Below, one piece after another: positions 1 through 9,269 of a DNA stretch of 64,000 bases. The DNA is from Hydrurus foetidus (taxonomy: Eukaryota). Made by a program: the position numbers and the translations under genes. Position 1 is the first letter of the stretch, and each line of letters starts with the position of its first letter. The notes under the pieces are model-generated. The model was given only the letters and a program-made list of their open reading frames with translations. It did not search any database and had not been told where the DNA came from. The stretch spans positions 372,001 to 436,000 of the forward strand of contig UYFQ01000032.1 in the NCBI GenBank assembly GCA_900617105.1, given 5' to 3'.

Positions 1-1107
1 GCCCACCTGCTGACCACCGGCGGCCAGCGTGTCGGCATGACCAACACCGATGGCGTGTACGTCGATGGCCGCCAGACCGACAGTGGAGACTGCAGCGGCC
101 CGCGCAGCGCCCGCAATGTGCTGATGCACCCCGATGTGGACGCAGCGGTGTTCGAAAGCGCACGCGGCGGCATCTTGCGCGAAGGCTTGGGCTACGACCG
201 CAGCCAAGTCGCCGTCGTCACCAACATTGGCGCAGGCGACCACCTGGGCATGAACTTCATCCACACGCCTGAGCAACTCGCGCAGGTCAAGCAGGTGCTG
301 GTACACAACGTGGCCAGCAGCGGTTACGCGGTACTGAACGCAGCTGACCCGCTGGTCGTCAACATGGCCGCCACCTGCCCCGGCCAAATCATCTACTTTG
401 CCATCGACCGGCACCACCCCGTGCTCTCTACGCACCGCGCCCAAGGCAGACGTTGCGTGTTCGTCGATGGCGACATGCTGGTGGCCGCTGAAGGCATGTG
501 GCGCGAAAGCATTGCGCTGCGCGACATCCCCATCACCCGCAACGGCCACATCGCCTTCCAAGTTGAGAACGCGATGGCCGCCGTCGCTGCCGCCTGGGGT
601 GTGGAACTCGATTGGGACAGCGTGCGCCGTGGCCTCGCCAGCTTCGCCAACGACGCCGACAATGCCCCTGGCCGCTTCAACGTGATGGACTACCGGGGAG
701 CCACCGTGATTGCCGACTACGGCCACAACGTGGACGCCATGCGCGCCCTGGTCAGCGCCGTCGCCGCCATGCCCGGCCAGCGCCGCTCCGTCGTCATCAG
801 CGGTGCAGGCGACCGCCGCGATGAAGACATCCGCGACCAAACTGTGGTGCTGGGAGACGCCTTTGACGACGTGATTTTGTTCCAAGATGCCTGCCAACGA
901 GGCCGCGCCGATGGCGAAGTGCTGGCCCTGCTGCGCCAAGGTTTGAGTGAGGCCAAACGCACCAAGCACGTCGAAGAAATCCACGGCGAATTCATCGCCA
1001 TCGACCACGCCCTAGAGCGCTTGCAGCCAGGGGATTTGTGCCTGGTGCTGGTCGATCAGGTGGAAGAGGCGCTGGCGCATTTGGGCAAACGGATCGCAGC
1101 GGGGTAA
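1..1107 (+). CDS. cphA: Cyanophycin synthetase, C-terminal Mur-ligase-like part (5'-truncated by window edge)
   Basis: Frame open from base 1; motifs DCSGPRSA, VFESARGGILREGLGYD, VVTNIG-DHLG, PGRFN, DYGHN, GDRRD. Confidence 0.9.
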   Translation, partial: AHLLTTGGQRVGMTNTDGVYVDGRQTDSGDCSGPRSARNVLMHPDVDAAVFESARGGILREGLGYDRSQVAVVTNIGAGDHLGMNFIHTPEQLAQVKQVLVHNVASSGYAVLNAADPLVVNMAATCPGQIIYFAIDRHHPVLSTHRAQGRRCVFVDGDMLVAAEGMWRESIALRDIPITRNGHIAFQVENAMAAVAAAWGVELDWDSVRRGLASFANDADNAPGRFNVMDYRGATVIADYGHNVDAMRALVSAVAAMPGQRRSVVISGAGDRRDEDIRDQTVVLGDAFDDVILFQDACQRGRADGEVLALLRQGLSEAKRTKHVEEIHGEFIAIDHALERLQPGDLCLVLVDQVEEALAHLGKRIAAG

Positions 1108-1119
1108 TCCTGTATCACG

Positions 1120-1152
1120 CCCTCTCCCGCTGGGGGAGGGTTGGGGTGAGGG
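1120..1152. repeat. BoxC-like palindromic intergenic repeat (CCCTCTCCC-GCT-GGGGGAGGG-TTGGGGTGAGGG)
   Basis: Hairpin plus GGGGTGAGGG tail between convergent cphA and dsbB; resembles a widespread proteobacterial repeat (from memory). Confidence 0.55.
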
Positions 1153-1162
1153 CTCTTCGTCT

Positions 1163-1672
1163 TCAACCCCGCTTGAACATCCGTGCCAGCAGCCAGCCAC
1201 TCAGCACGCTAAACCCCGCAAAGCACAGAAACGACCAGTTGGCAATCGAGCCACCCAAGAGCGTCCAATCCACCTTGGTGCAGTCCCCACCACCCCGGAA
1301 GATCATCGGAATCGCGCGTTTGAGCGGAAAAGTTTCCACCATCCCGTAAAAATCCCGCCCACAGGTCACCACCTCGGGCGGATACCACTGCAACCAGGTC
1401 TGCATAGCCGCCACATACGCGCCGCCCACGGCAAACAGAAGCAGCAGCGACGTGAAGGTGATTTGCAAGCCTTTTTTGCCACTTATGCTTGCCAGACCAG
1501 CGAAGACAGCTACAAAAATAAGAGCATACCGCTGCACAATGCACATCGGGCACGGCTCCAGCCCCACCACATGTTGCAGGTACAGGCCAAAAGCCAGCAT
1601 GGCGATACAAGCGACGCACAACAGCGCCAACACACGGCGCGGTGCCGCATCAATCCAACTCATCAACAGCAT
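1163..1672 (-). CDS. dsbB: Disulfide bond formation protein DsbB
   Basis: LEPCPMCIVQR motif, 4 TM segments, second Cys pair (TCG...GDC); AGGA RBS before ATG at 1672. Confidence 0.93.
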   Translation of the reverse strand: MLLMSWIDAAPRRVLALLCVACIAMLAFGLYLQHVVGLEPCPMCIVQRYALIFVAVFAGLASISGKKGLQITFTSLLLLFAVGGAYVAAMQTWLQWYPPEVVTCGRDFYGMVETFPLKRAIPMIFRGGGDCTKVDWTLLGGSIANWSFLCFAGFSVLSGWLLARMFKRG

Positions 1673-1823
1673 TCGATTCCTTTGGGCACTCAAGGCCTGG
1701 GTTAAGGGTGGACGGTATTGTCTGTGGGTTTGTGTGAGGTTAGGGGGACAAGTTCCATTGGGCTGCGTGCAAGCTTCAGTGGAAAACAGGATGGAAATGT
1801 CAGTTGGCGAGTTGCCTGAACCG

Positions 1824-2039
1824 CTACCAGCGGCGGTGCCCCCAACCCCGCTGACCGTAGGCGCCAGCACCCCCATACCCACCGCCGTAATACCCCGGCG
1901 TCACCACCACAGGGGGGGCGACTTGCACGGCGGGGCGCACGACCACTGGCCCACCGTAGCCGTAGCCATACGGGGCGGGCACCACGGCGCAGCCGGTGAG
2001 GGAGGCAACGAGCAAAACAGCGCAGGCGATGAGTTTCAT
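1824..2039 (-). CDS. Small Pro/Gly/Tyr-rich lipoprotein
   Basis: MKLIACAVLLVASLTGC lipobox; GGAG RBS. Confidence 0.75.
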   Translation of the reverse strand: MKLIACAVLLVASLTGCAVVPAPYGYGYGGPVVVRPAVQVAPPVVVTPGYYGGGYGGAGAYGQRGWGHRRW

Positions 2040-2119
2040 GACGGACTCCAAAAAAAAAGGACACAGCCTTTACAACGCGCCCGCCCCTTCAGCCGCCCAC
2101 ACAGCACATGCAGAGTTTT

Positions 2120-2134
2120 GTAAATCTGGGTAAA
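2120..2134. promoter_or_regulatory. GTAAA-N5-GTAAA direct repeat (CpxR/OmpR-family-type box)
   Basis: GTAAATCTGGGTAAA about 80 bp upstream of the lipoprotein gene. Confidence 0.4.
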
Positions 2135-2144
2135 ACCTCAAGGC

Positions 2145-2588
2145 TCACGCCGCATGGCGCTGCTCGGCATCCCATCCTTTACATGCCAGTGCGATGTAGC
2201 GCGGCACAGGGCGCGAGCCAGTGCGGTACTGGCTGACCGTACGGCGTGACACCCCAATGGCGGCGGCGGCATCAGTCAAGCTGAAGCGGTTGGTGTCTTG
2301 CCAATGGCGAAAATCAACATTGGCAGCCATGCCGGCCTGCGCCAATGCCATTTCAATCACGCGATCCGCATCCAGCGACGCACCGCAATCCCATTCCAAA
2401 GTCCAGCCGAAATCAGCCACCTTGGCTGTCGCGAATTCGGTGGCATTCTCCAGCTGCGCAAAACTCTCCAGCTGCGCGGCAAGCTCAGACATATCGACAT
2501 GCAACTGACGACCATCCGAGTAGGTGGCGCTCACAACACTGCCCGGCCCGGTGGAGACGCAGACCAATCTTGCTGCTTGCTTTTTCAT
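2145..2588 (-). CDS. DUF2442 + C-terminal HTH protein, putative antitoxin (copy 1)
   Basis: YSDG...GWTLEW..GASLD DUF2442-like pattern; LTDAAAAIGVSRRTVSQY HTH; downstream of DUF4160 gene. Confidence 0.75.
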   Translation of the reverse strand: MKKQAARLVCVSTGPGSVVSATYSDGRQLHVDMSELAAQLESFAQLENATEFATAKVADFGWTLEWDCGASLDADRVIEMALAQAGMAANVDFRHWQDTNRFSLTDAAAAIGVSRRTVSQYRTGSRPVPRYIALACKGWDAEQRHAA

Positions 2589-2600
2589 AGTGCTCTTTCC

Positions 2601-2837
2601 TTACCTTTTCCGTGGGTTGTTCATCGCAGTCCATTCGGCATCCACCACGGCGATATTCGCAGCCATCCACTGCACAGCTACCGCCAAAGCCTTGGCAGGC
2701 ACACCGGAGTTGACAACGGAGCCGTCCGTAGCAATCACGGCCTTGCCGTCTGGGTGCAACAAGTGCGCGTGAACCGGCGGATGCTCATTGCCGTGAACTT
2801 TGATAATCCAGCCATCGCCGGTGAATATTTTCCCCAT
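2601..2837 (-). CDS. DUF4160 protein, putative toxin (copy 1)
   Basis: NEHPPVHAH motif, 78 aa, ends W..MN. Confidence 0.8.
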   Translation of the reverse strand: MGKIFTGDGWIIKVHGNEHPPVHAHLLHPDGKAVIATDGSVVNSGVPAKALAVAVQWMAANIAVVDAEWTAMNNPRKR

Positions 2838-2843
2838 ATCCAG

Positions 2844-2872
2844 ATAATAGAGCAACTATTTCTCTACATCAA
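2844..2872 (-). promoter_or_regulatory. sigma70 promoter TTGATG-17-TATTAT with overlapping AATAG-N5-CTATT palindrome; leaderless geometry
   Basis: -10 lies 6 nt upstream of the ATG at 2837; conserved in copy 2. Confidence 0.65.
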
Positions 2873-2878
2873 GCACTC

Positions 2879-4333
2879 ATGCTTCAGTCACACGAAACCC
2901 GCCCCACACCAAGGTTCCCCCAGCCCCTGGTCTTCGTCGATCTGGAGACCACAGGCGGCACGGCGACGCTCGACCGCATCACTGAAATCGGCATCGTGGA
3001 GGTGTCTGACGCGGGGGTCACGGAATGGAGCAGTCTCGTGAACCCGCGCACCCGCATTCCGCCCTTCATCGAACGGCTGACGGGCATCAGCAATGCGATG
3101 GTCAGCAGCGCTCCGGCGTTTGAAGACCTGGGTCACGACCTGCTGCAGCGCCTGCAAGGCCGCTTGTTCATTGCCCACAATGCCCGCTTTGACTACGGTT
3201 TTTTGAAGAACGAGTTCAAACGCATAGGGATCAGTTGGTCGTCCAGCGTGCTGTGTACCGTGCGGCTTTCGCGCCAGCTGTTCCCGGAACACAAGCGGCA
3301 CAACCTGGATTCGCTGGTGGAACGTCACCAGCTTTTCATCCCGCCAGCAGACCGCCACCGGGCACTGGGAGACGCACGCTTGATCTGGCAGTTTTGGCAA
3401 AAAGTGAGCACGCTGCGCAGCTCTGATGTGCTCCACAAGGCTGTTGCCACCCTCAGTGCCCGCCCCAGCCTTCCCCCGCACCTGGACGCAACGGCGCTGG
3501 ACGATGCCCCAGAAGGCCACGGCGTTTACCTGTTTTACGGCGAAAACAGCCTGCCGCTCTACATCGGCAAAAGCAAAACGCTCAAGAAGCGCGTACTGTC
3601 GCATTTCAGCGCGGATCACAGCTCAGCCAAAGAAATGGCGCTGTCGCAGCAGGTGCGGCGTATCGACTGGATAGCGACGCAGGGTGAACTCGGCTCGCTG
3701 CTGAAGGAATCTGCGCTGGTCAAGCAAATGCAACCCACGCACAACCAACGCCTGCGCCGCGCTGTGGAACTGTGCAGCTGGCAATTTGACTTGGCCCCCG
3801 CGCCAGCCGCCACGGGAGCCGCCACCGGAAACAGTACCTACGCTAGCCCCACCCTGCGTTGGGCGTCTGACCTGGAACTGGGTCGCCAAGACAATCTCTA
3901 TGGCCTGTTCACCAGCCAGCGCGATGCCAAAAAGCAACTGACCGAGATCGCCACCGAGAACCAACTCTGCCTCAGCCTGCTGGGCCTGGAGGCCACCGCG
4001 CCCGGTAAACCTTGCTTTGGGCACCAGCTCGGCCACTGCGCCGGGGCCTGTGTGGGCAAGCAAGCGCCGTCCTTGTACAACGCCCGGCTGGCCATCGCCT
4101 TGCAGCGCCTCAAAGTGGCCGCGTGGCCGCACGCGGGTGCCGTAGGCCTCCGCGAAGGAAGCGATCTGCATGTGATCGACGCCTGGTGCTACTTGGGCAC
4201 AGCCACCACCGAGGAGGCCGCTTGGGCGCTGCTGGAAACCGGCAAGCCGGTGTTTGACAAAGATGCCTACCGAATTTTGAAAAGCCTGCTACCCAAAGCC
4301 AAAGTGGTGAAGCTGGTTCATCGACAATCTTGA
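2879..4333 (+). CDS. DEDDh (DnaQ-like) 3'-5' exonuclease fused to GIY-YIG/UvrC-like (Cho-type) domain
   Basis: VFVDLETTG, AHNARFD, HRALGDA; GVYLF...LYIGKS...KRVLSHF; C-terminal Cys cluster. Confidence 0.88.
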   Translation: MLQSHETRPTPRFPQPLVFVDLETTGGTATLDRITEIGIVEVSDAGVTEWSSLVNPRTRIPPFIERLTGISNAMVSSAPAFEDLGHDLLQRLQGRLFIAHNARFDYGFLKNEFKRIGISWSSSVLCTVRLSRQLFPEHKRHNLDSLVERHQLFIPPADRHRALGDARLIWQFWQKVSTLRSSDVLHKAVATLSARPSLPPHLDATALDDAPEGHGVYLFYGENSLPLYIGKSKTLKKRVLSHFSADHSSAKEMALSQQVRRIDWIATQGELGSLLKESALVKQMQPTHNQRLRRAVELCSWQFDLAPAPAATGAATGNSTYASPTLRWASDLELGRQDNLYGLFTSQRDAKKQLTEIATENQLCLSLLGLEATAPGKPCFGHQLGHCAGACVGKQAPSLYNARLAIALQRLKVAAWPHAGAVGLREGSDLHVIDAWCYLGTATTEEAAWALLETGKPVFDKDAYRILKSLLPKAKVVKLVHRQS

Positions 4334-4359
4334 CAGCGTCCAAACCTTTGACCTCCCCC

Positions 4360-5148
4360 ATGCTTACCACCCCCCGCATCCTCATCGCCGAGGACGAACC
4401 CGCCATTGCGGACACGCTGCACTACGCACTGAGCAGCGAAGGCTTTGCGCCGCAGTGCTGCGCCACCGCCACCGAGACCCTGCACGCCTTCGCGCTACAG
4501 ACCCCGGCGTTGGTGATACTGGATGTGGGCTTGCCGGACATGAACGGCTTTGCGCTGTTTCGCCACATTCGGGCTTTGCCGCAAGGCGAGCATGTACCGA
4601 TGCTGTTTTTAACCGCCCGCAGCGAAGAGATTGACCGCGTGCTGGGCCTGGAGATGGGTGCGGATGACTACATCGCCAAACCCTTCTCGCCGCGTGAGCT
4701 GGTGGCACGGGTTCGGGGCATATTAAGGCGCTCTCAGCATACTGGGCATGCTACACCAGCTACTGAAACCATAGCACCTACAGCACGCCTTCCGGCATCG
4801 CCTGTCGCACCGACTCCGCACCCATCCCACCCCCAGTTCGAGATTGACGACGAACGCCGCCGCGCACGCTTCATGGGGCAGGTGCTGGCGCTGTCCCGCT
4901 ACGAATACGGCCTGCTGCGCACCCTGGTGCAGCGCCCTGGCCGCGTCTTCAGCCGGGATGAGCTGTTGCAGCAGGTCTGGGACGAGCCCAGCGCCCCGTT
5001 TGACCGTACCGTCGATGCCCACATCAAAACCCTGCGGGCCAAGCTCTTTGCTGTAGCCCCCACGCTGGAGCCGATACGCACCCTGCGTGGCGTGGGTTAT
5101 GCCTTGAACGACACCTCCGACCACATCACCACCGACACCGCAGCGTGA
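4360..5148 (+). CDS. creB: Two-component response regulator CreB
   Basis: EDEPAIADTL, LDVGLPD, GADDYIAKPFSPREL, DRTVDAHIKTLRAKL; overlaps creC start. Confidence 0.88.
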   Translation: MLTTPRILIAEDEPAIADTLHYALSSEGFAPQCCATATETLHAFALQTPALVILDVGLPDMNGFALFRHIRALPQGEHVPMLFLTARSEEIDRVLGLEMGADDYIAKPFSPRELVARVRGILRRSQHTGHATPATETIAPTARLPASPVAPTPHPSHPQFEIDDERRRARFMGQVLALSRYEYGLLRTLVQRPGRVFSRDELLQQVWDEPSAPFDRTVDAHIKTLRAKLFAVAPTLEPIRTLRGVGYALNDTSDHITTDTAA

Positions 5149-6647
5149 CACCCCGTACCCGCATCTTCATCGCGGTGCTGCTGCTGTACATCGCCGGCGT
5201 GGCGCTGACGCTGCACCAAGCGCTGACCAGCATCGACCCACGCTACCGTGAATCCGCCGAAGCCTCGCTGGTGGAAACAGCGCAGGTGATGGCCAGTTTG
5301 ATCGAGTTGGACATGGCCGACCAGGGTGAAAAAGAAGAAGGCAGCAACACAACCCCCATCAACACCACCCGGCTGACCCAGCTCTTCAACACCCTCGCCC
5401 AGCGCGAAATCACCGCGACGATTTTCAGCGTCACCAAAACCCAGGTCGATCTGGTCTGCTACGTCACAGACGCACAGGGCCGCGTCATTTTTGATTCGGA
5501 CAAGCAGCATGTTGGGCAAGACTTTTCGCAGTGGCGCGACGTGGCGCGGGCTTTGCGGGGCGACTACGGTGCCCGCACCTCGCTGGCCGACCCCGCCAAC
5601 CCCCACAGCGCCGTGATGTACGTGGCCACCACCCTGCACGCGGGGAATAAGCTGGTGGGCGTGGTAAGCGTGGGCAAACCCACCCACAGCTTGGAGCAGT
5701 TCATCGCCAGCGCTCGCCACAAAACGCTGACCGCTGGCCTGCTGGTGGCCGTGGCCAGTCTGGTGCTGGCCGTGCTGTTGTCGCTGTGGCTGGTGCGCCC
5801 GTTCGGGCTGGTGGGCGATATGTGGCGGCATGTGCAGCACGCCCGCCAGCGCGAAGCCTTCAGTTGGCTCCGCTTAGGGCACCGTACCCTGCTGGGCTTG
5901 CGTGAAAGTCTGCAAGGCATGCACGAAGCACTGTCGGGCCACAACGCGATGGCCGAGCATGTGCAAACCCTCACCCATGAGATCAAAAGCCCGCTGTCCG
6001 CCATCCACGCGGCGGCAGAATTGCTGCAAAGCCCCATGCCCGCCGAGCAGCACCAGCGCTTCGTGGGCCACATCGTGCAAGCGTCCACCCGCATCCAAGA
6101 AACCGTTGACCGGATGCTGGAACTCACCACCCTGAAAGCCCGCCACACGCTGGACGATGCCCGCCCCGTCGCGTTGAACGAGCTGCTGCGCCAAGTGGTC
6201 GATGCAGTGCTTGCCCCAGCCGCGTCCACCGGGCTGACGGTGTCGCTGAACGTGCCCAGCACCCCAATCACGGTACTGGGCGACAGCTACTGGCTGCGCC
6301 GCGCCATGAGCAACCTGATCGCCAACGCCCTGGATTTTTCGCCAGCAGCGGGCCACGTCACCGTGAGCCTGGAAGTGGATGCGTCACGCCGCCGTCCGCT
6401 GGCCCACATCACCGTGCGCGACCAAGGGCCAGGCGTGCCCGCCTACGCTAAAGCGCGGGTGTTCGAGCAGTTCTATTCCCTGCCCCGCCCCAGCACCGGG
6501 CGCAAAAGCACCGGCTTGGGGCTTGCACTGGTCAAGCAGGTAGCGGTGCTGCACTTGGGCACAGCCAGCCTTGAGAACGGTCCAGAGGGTGGAGCGGTTG
6601 CGAGCTTAAGCTTGCCGTTGCAAACAGCGCCGCCGCCAAATCTTTAA
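5145..6647 (+). CDS. creC: Sensor histidine kinase CreC
   Basis: DFSQWRDVARALRGDYGAR, LTHEIKSPL H-box, NALDFSP, FYSLPRP..GRKSTGLGL. Confidence 0.9.
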   Translation: MTPRTRIFIAVLLLYIAGVALTLHQALTSIDPRYRESAEASLVETAQVMASLIELDMADQGEKEEGSNTTPINTTRLTQLFNTLAQREITATIFSVTKTQVDLVCYVTDAQGRVIFDSDKQHVGQDFSQWRDVARALRGDYGARTSLADPANPHSAVMYVATTLHAGNKLVGVVSVGKPTHSLEQFIASARHKTLTAGLLVAVASLVLAVLLSLWLVRPFGLVGDMWRHVQHARQREAFSWLRLGHRTLLGLRESLQGMHEALSGHNAMAEHVQTLTHEIKSPLSAIHAAAELLQSPMPAEQHQRFVGHIVQASTRIQETVDRMLELTTLKARHTLDDARPVALNELLRQVVDAVLAPAASTGLTVSLNVPSTPITVLGDSYWLRRAMSNLIANALDFSPAAGHVTVSLEVDASRRRPLAHITVRDQGPGVPAYAKARVFEQFYSLPRPSTGRKSTGLGLALVKQVAVLHLGTASLENGPEGGAVASLSLPLQTAPPPNL

Positions 6648-6682
6648 AGCGCCAAAAATCAATCACGCCATCTGATGAAAAC

Positions 6683-7126
6683 TCAAGCGGCATGGCGTTG
6701 CTCGGCATCCCATCCTTTACATGCCAGTGCGATGTAGCGCGGCACAGGGCGCGAGCCAGTGCGGTACTGGCTCACGGTGCGGCGTGACACGCCAATGGCG
6801 ACTGCGGCATCGGTCAGGCTGAAGCGGTTGGCGTCTTGCCAATGGCGAAAATCAACATTGGCAGCCATGCCAGCCTGCGCCAACGCCATTTCAATCACGC
6901 GATCCGCATCCAGCGATGCCCCGCAATCCCATTCCAAAGTCCAGCCGAAATCAGCCACCTTGGCTGTGGCGAATTCAGTGGCATTCTCCAGCGGCGCAAA
7001 ACTCTCCCACTGCGCGGCAAGCTCAGACATATCGACACGCAACTGACGACCATCCGAGTAGGTGGCGTTCACAACCTTGTCTGGCCCGGTGGAGACGCAG
7101 ACCAATCTCGCTGCTTGCTTTTTCAT
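6683..7126 (-). CDS. DUF2442 + HTH putative antitoxin (copy 2)
   Basis: Near-identical to 2145..2588. Confidence 0.75.
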   Translation of the reverse strand: MKKQAARLVCVSTGPDKVVNATYSDGRQLRVDMSELAAQWESFAPLENATEFATAKVADFGWTLEWDCGASLDADRVIEMALAQAGMAANVDFRHWQDANRFSLTDAAVAIGVSRRTVSQYRTGSRPVPRYIALACKGWDAEQRHAA

Positions 7127-7138
7127 AGTGCTCTTTCC

Positions 7139-7375
7139 TTACCTTTTCCGTGGGTTGTTCATCAGCGTCCATTCGGCATCCACCATTGCGATATTCGCGG
7201 CCACCCACTGCACCGCTACCGCCAAAGCCTTGGCAGGCACACCTGAGTTAACAATGGAGCCATCCGTAGCTATCACGGCCTTGCCGTCTGGATGCAACAA
7301 GTGCGCATGAACTGGTGGATGCTCATTGCCGTGAACTTTGATAATCCAGCCATCGCCGGTGAATATTTTCCCCAT
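7139..7375 (-). CDS. DUF4160 putative toxin (copy 2)
   Basis: Near-identical to 2601..2837. Confidence 0.8.
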   Translation of the reverse strand: MGKIFTGDGWIIKVHGNEHPPVHAHLLHPDGKAVIATDGSIVNSGVPAKALAVAVQWVAANIAMVDAEWTLMNNPRKR

Positions 7376-7381
7376 ACCCAG

Positions 7382-7410
7382 ATAATAGAGCAACTATTTC
7401 CCTGCATCAA
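7382..7410 (-). promoter_or_regulatory. sigma70 promoter TTGATG-17-TATTAT with operator-like palindrome (copy 2)
   Basis: Same elements and spacing as 2844..2872. Confidence 0.65.
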
Positions 7411-7579
7411 GCTTTTCTGGCAACCCCGCGCTCGTCCTTACATCCCGCTGTAGCCGATGCACGCCCTGGACGGTGTGGGTTCTGTTCAAGCACTACCCCC
7501 CAAAACGACACCCGCCGCAAGCCCCAGCCCAGGTGGTCAGGCACCAAGCGTGTAGGGCGCTGTAGCGTCAGGTTTGATT

Positions 7580-9091
7580 TCATGCGGCCACCTCAGCCTT
7601 GACTTCGGCCTTCGCGCCCGACAGCGCGTACCAGTCCACCCGGCGCGTGACCAGCATCAGCAGGGCCAGCATGCCGAACGAGAGGCACGAGCCCAAGATC
7701 AGTGAATTGCTTTCCGATGCCAGCAAGCCGTAGAGCGCCCCGTACAGCACCGCCACAAAGCCTGACAGCAGCAAACCCCGCAGCCAGCTTTGCAGCACAG
7801 CGCTGAAGTACACGGCCAAGAGCAACACGCTGGCACTGGCGGCGGCGGCGTAGGCTGTGGCGAACAGCAGTTTTTCCGACAAGGCGAGCAGCAGCAAAAA
7901 GAACAGCGCGATTGACAAGCCCACCAAACCATACTGGATCGGGTGCATCCGCAGTTGGCGAAACAGCTCGAACATGAACGCGGCCAGCAGCACCAGGCCC
8001 ACGATCAACGCGCCGTACTTCACCGCCCGGTCACTCATGTTGTAGACGTTTTGCGGCTCCATCAGGCTCACGTCAAAGGTTTCCAAACGGCTCAAGGCTT
8101 GGGGCAAAGACACCCGCTCGATACCCCGAACCGTTGCAGCGGCCACGGCCACCGCCGCGTCTTGCGCCGCCCCTGCGCCCACCTCTGAACCTGCATCAAC
8201 CTTGACCGCCCCGGCACGCACCGAGGCCAACTCGCGCAGCACCTGCGGCACGCTGCTGCCCAGCGACGACACCTGCCATTGCGCCTCAAAGCCCTTGGCG
8301 GTGATTTGTCGCTGTGCAGCCAAAAAGCGCCCGCCAAAACTGGGGTGCGGCCAGCTCGATTGCAGCGCGGCGGTGGTCTCGTTCGCCACGGGCACGACGG
8401 AAAGCGTCTGCTGACCGTTCAAGCTCAAGCGCAAATCCAGCGCCATCGGCTTACCGGCAGCGAACGCGGCCAATGCGGCACCTTTGAGCGGGGCGTGGAT
8501 GCCTTGTGCCAGCCAAAAAGTGTCGGGCACATCAGCAGCGCGTTGCTGGAAGTGCAGGCTTTCGCCTTCTACTTTGACTTCGGGCGTACCGGCCAGACCA
8601 CGCAAATCACTCAAGCCCAGCGACAGCACTGGGGGCAAGAAATCGAGCACGGAATCTTTCATCTGGTGCGGCACCTCTCCTGCATCCAAACCCGCAAACT
8701 GCGCTTGCACAGTGCCGCCCAGGTTGTAAAACAACACTTTGAAGATGCCCCGATAGCGCTCTTCGGGCTTGAGCTCGCCGCTCAGCTTCAGCGTTTGCGG
8801 TGTCACCACATGCACCAAGCGCTGGCTGCGGGCGATACGGGCGGTGATTTCGCCTTTGTCATTGCGCCGCTCTTCTGACCAGCGCTCGGTATAGGGCAGC
8901 AAAATCACCGGCCCCAGCAGGGTCTGCGGCCCGGCGTAGGTGCGGGCCAGCTCTTGGTGCGCCTGTGCGCGGTAGCTTTCACGCTCGGTTATCACGCCGC
9001 GAATTTGGCCCAAGGGAATGCACAGCAGCAGCGTGATGAACAGCAGCAGGGCGACTTTGAAAAAGACAGAATCAGCGAGGTTTTTCAGCAT
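7580..9091 (-). CDS. creD: Inner membrane protein CreD
   Basis: SSWPHPSFGG, DRAVKYG, MHPIQYGLVGL, LLLLALSE, MLVTRRVDWY. Confidence 0.93.
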   Translation of the reverse strand: MLKNLADSVFFKVALLLFITLLLCIPLGQIRGVITERESYRAQAHQELARTYAGPQTLLGPVILLPYTERWSEERRNDKGEITARIARSQRLVHVVTPQTLKLSGELKPEERYRGIFKVLFYNLGGTVQAQFAGLDAGEVPHQMKDSVLDFLPPVLSLGLSDLRGLAGTPEVKVEGESLHFQQRAADVPDTFWLAQGIHAPLKGAALAAFAAGKPMALDLRLSLNGQQTLSVVPVANETTAALQSSWPHPSFGGRFLAAQRQITAKGFEAQWQVSSLGSSVPQVLRELASVRAGAVKVDAGSEVGAGAAQDAAVAVAAATVRGIERVSLPQALSRLETFDVSLMEPQNVYNMSDRAVKYGALIVGLVLLAAFMFELFRQLRMHPIQYGLVGLSIALFFLLLLALSEKLLFATAYAAAASASVLLLAVYFSAVLQSWLRGLLLSGFVAVLYGALYGLLASESNSLILGSCLSFGMLALLMLVTRRVDWYALSGAKAEVKAEVAA

Positions 9092-9202
9092 GGCAAGTCA
9101 GCATGAGGTTGAGAAGCCTCGATGCTGACCAGCGGGTGTGCGTGGGGTATGAAGAAAGCGCGGGTAAAGCAAGAAATCGGTGTGAAGGCAATGGCTGAAA
9201 AC

Positions 9203-9218
9203 TTCACGCAGACTTCAC
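9203..9218 (+). promoter_or_regulatory. cre-tag (CreB box) TTCAC-N6-TTCAC
   Basis: TTCACGCAGACTTCAC between divergent creD and the GH12 gene; exact match to the E. coli CreB consensus. Confidence 0.7.
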
Positions 9219-9269
9219 ACACCGTGTGGTGGCGCGTAAAGTGGCGACCCTGACCCTTACACTCCCGCC

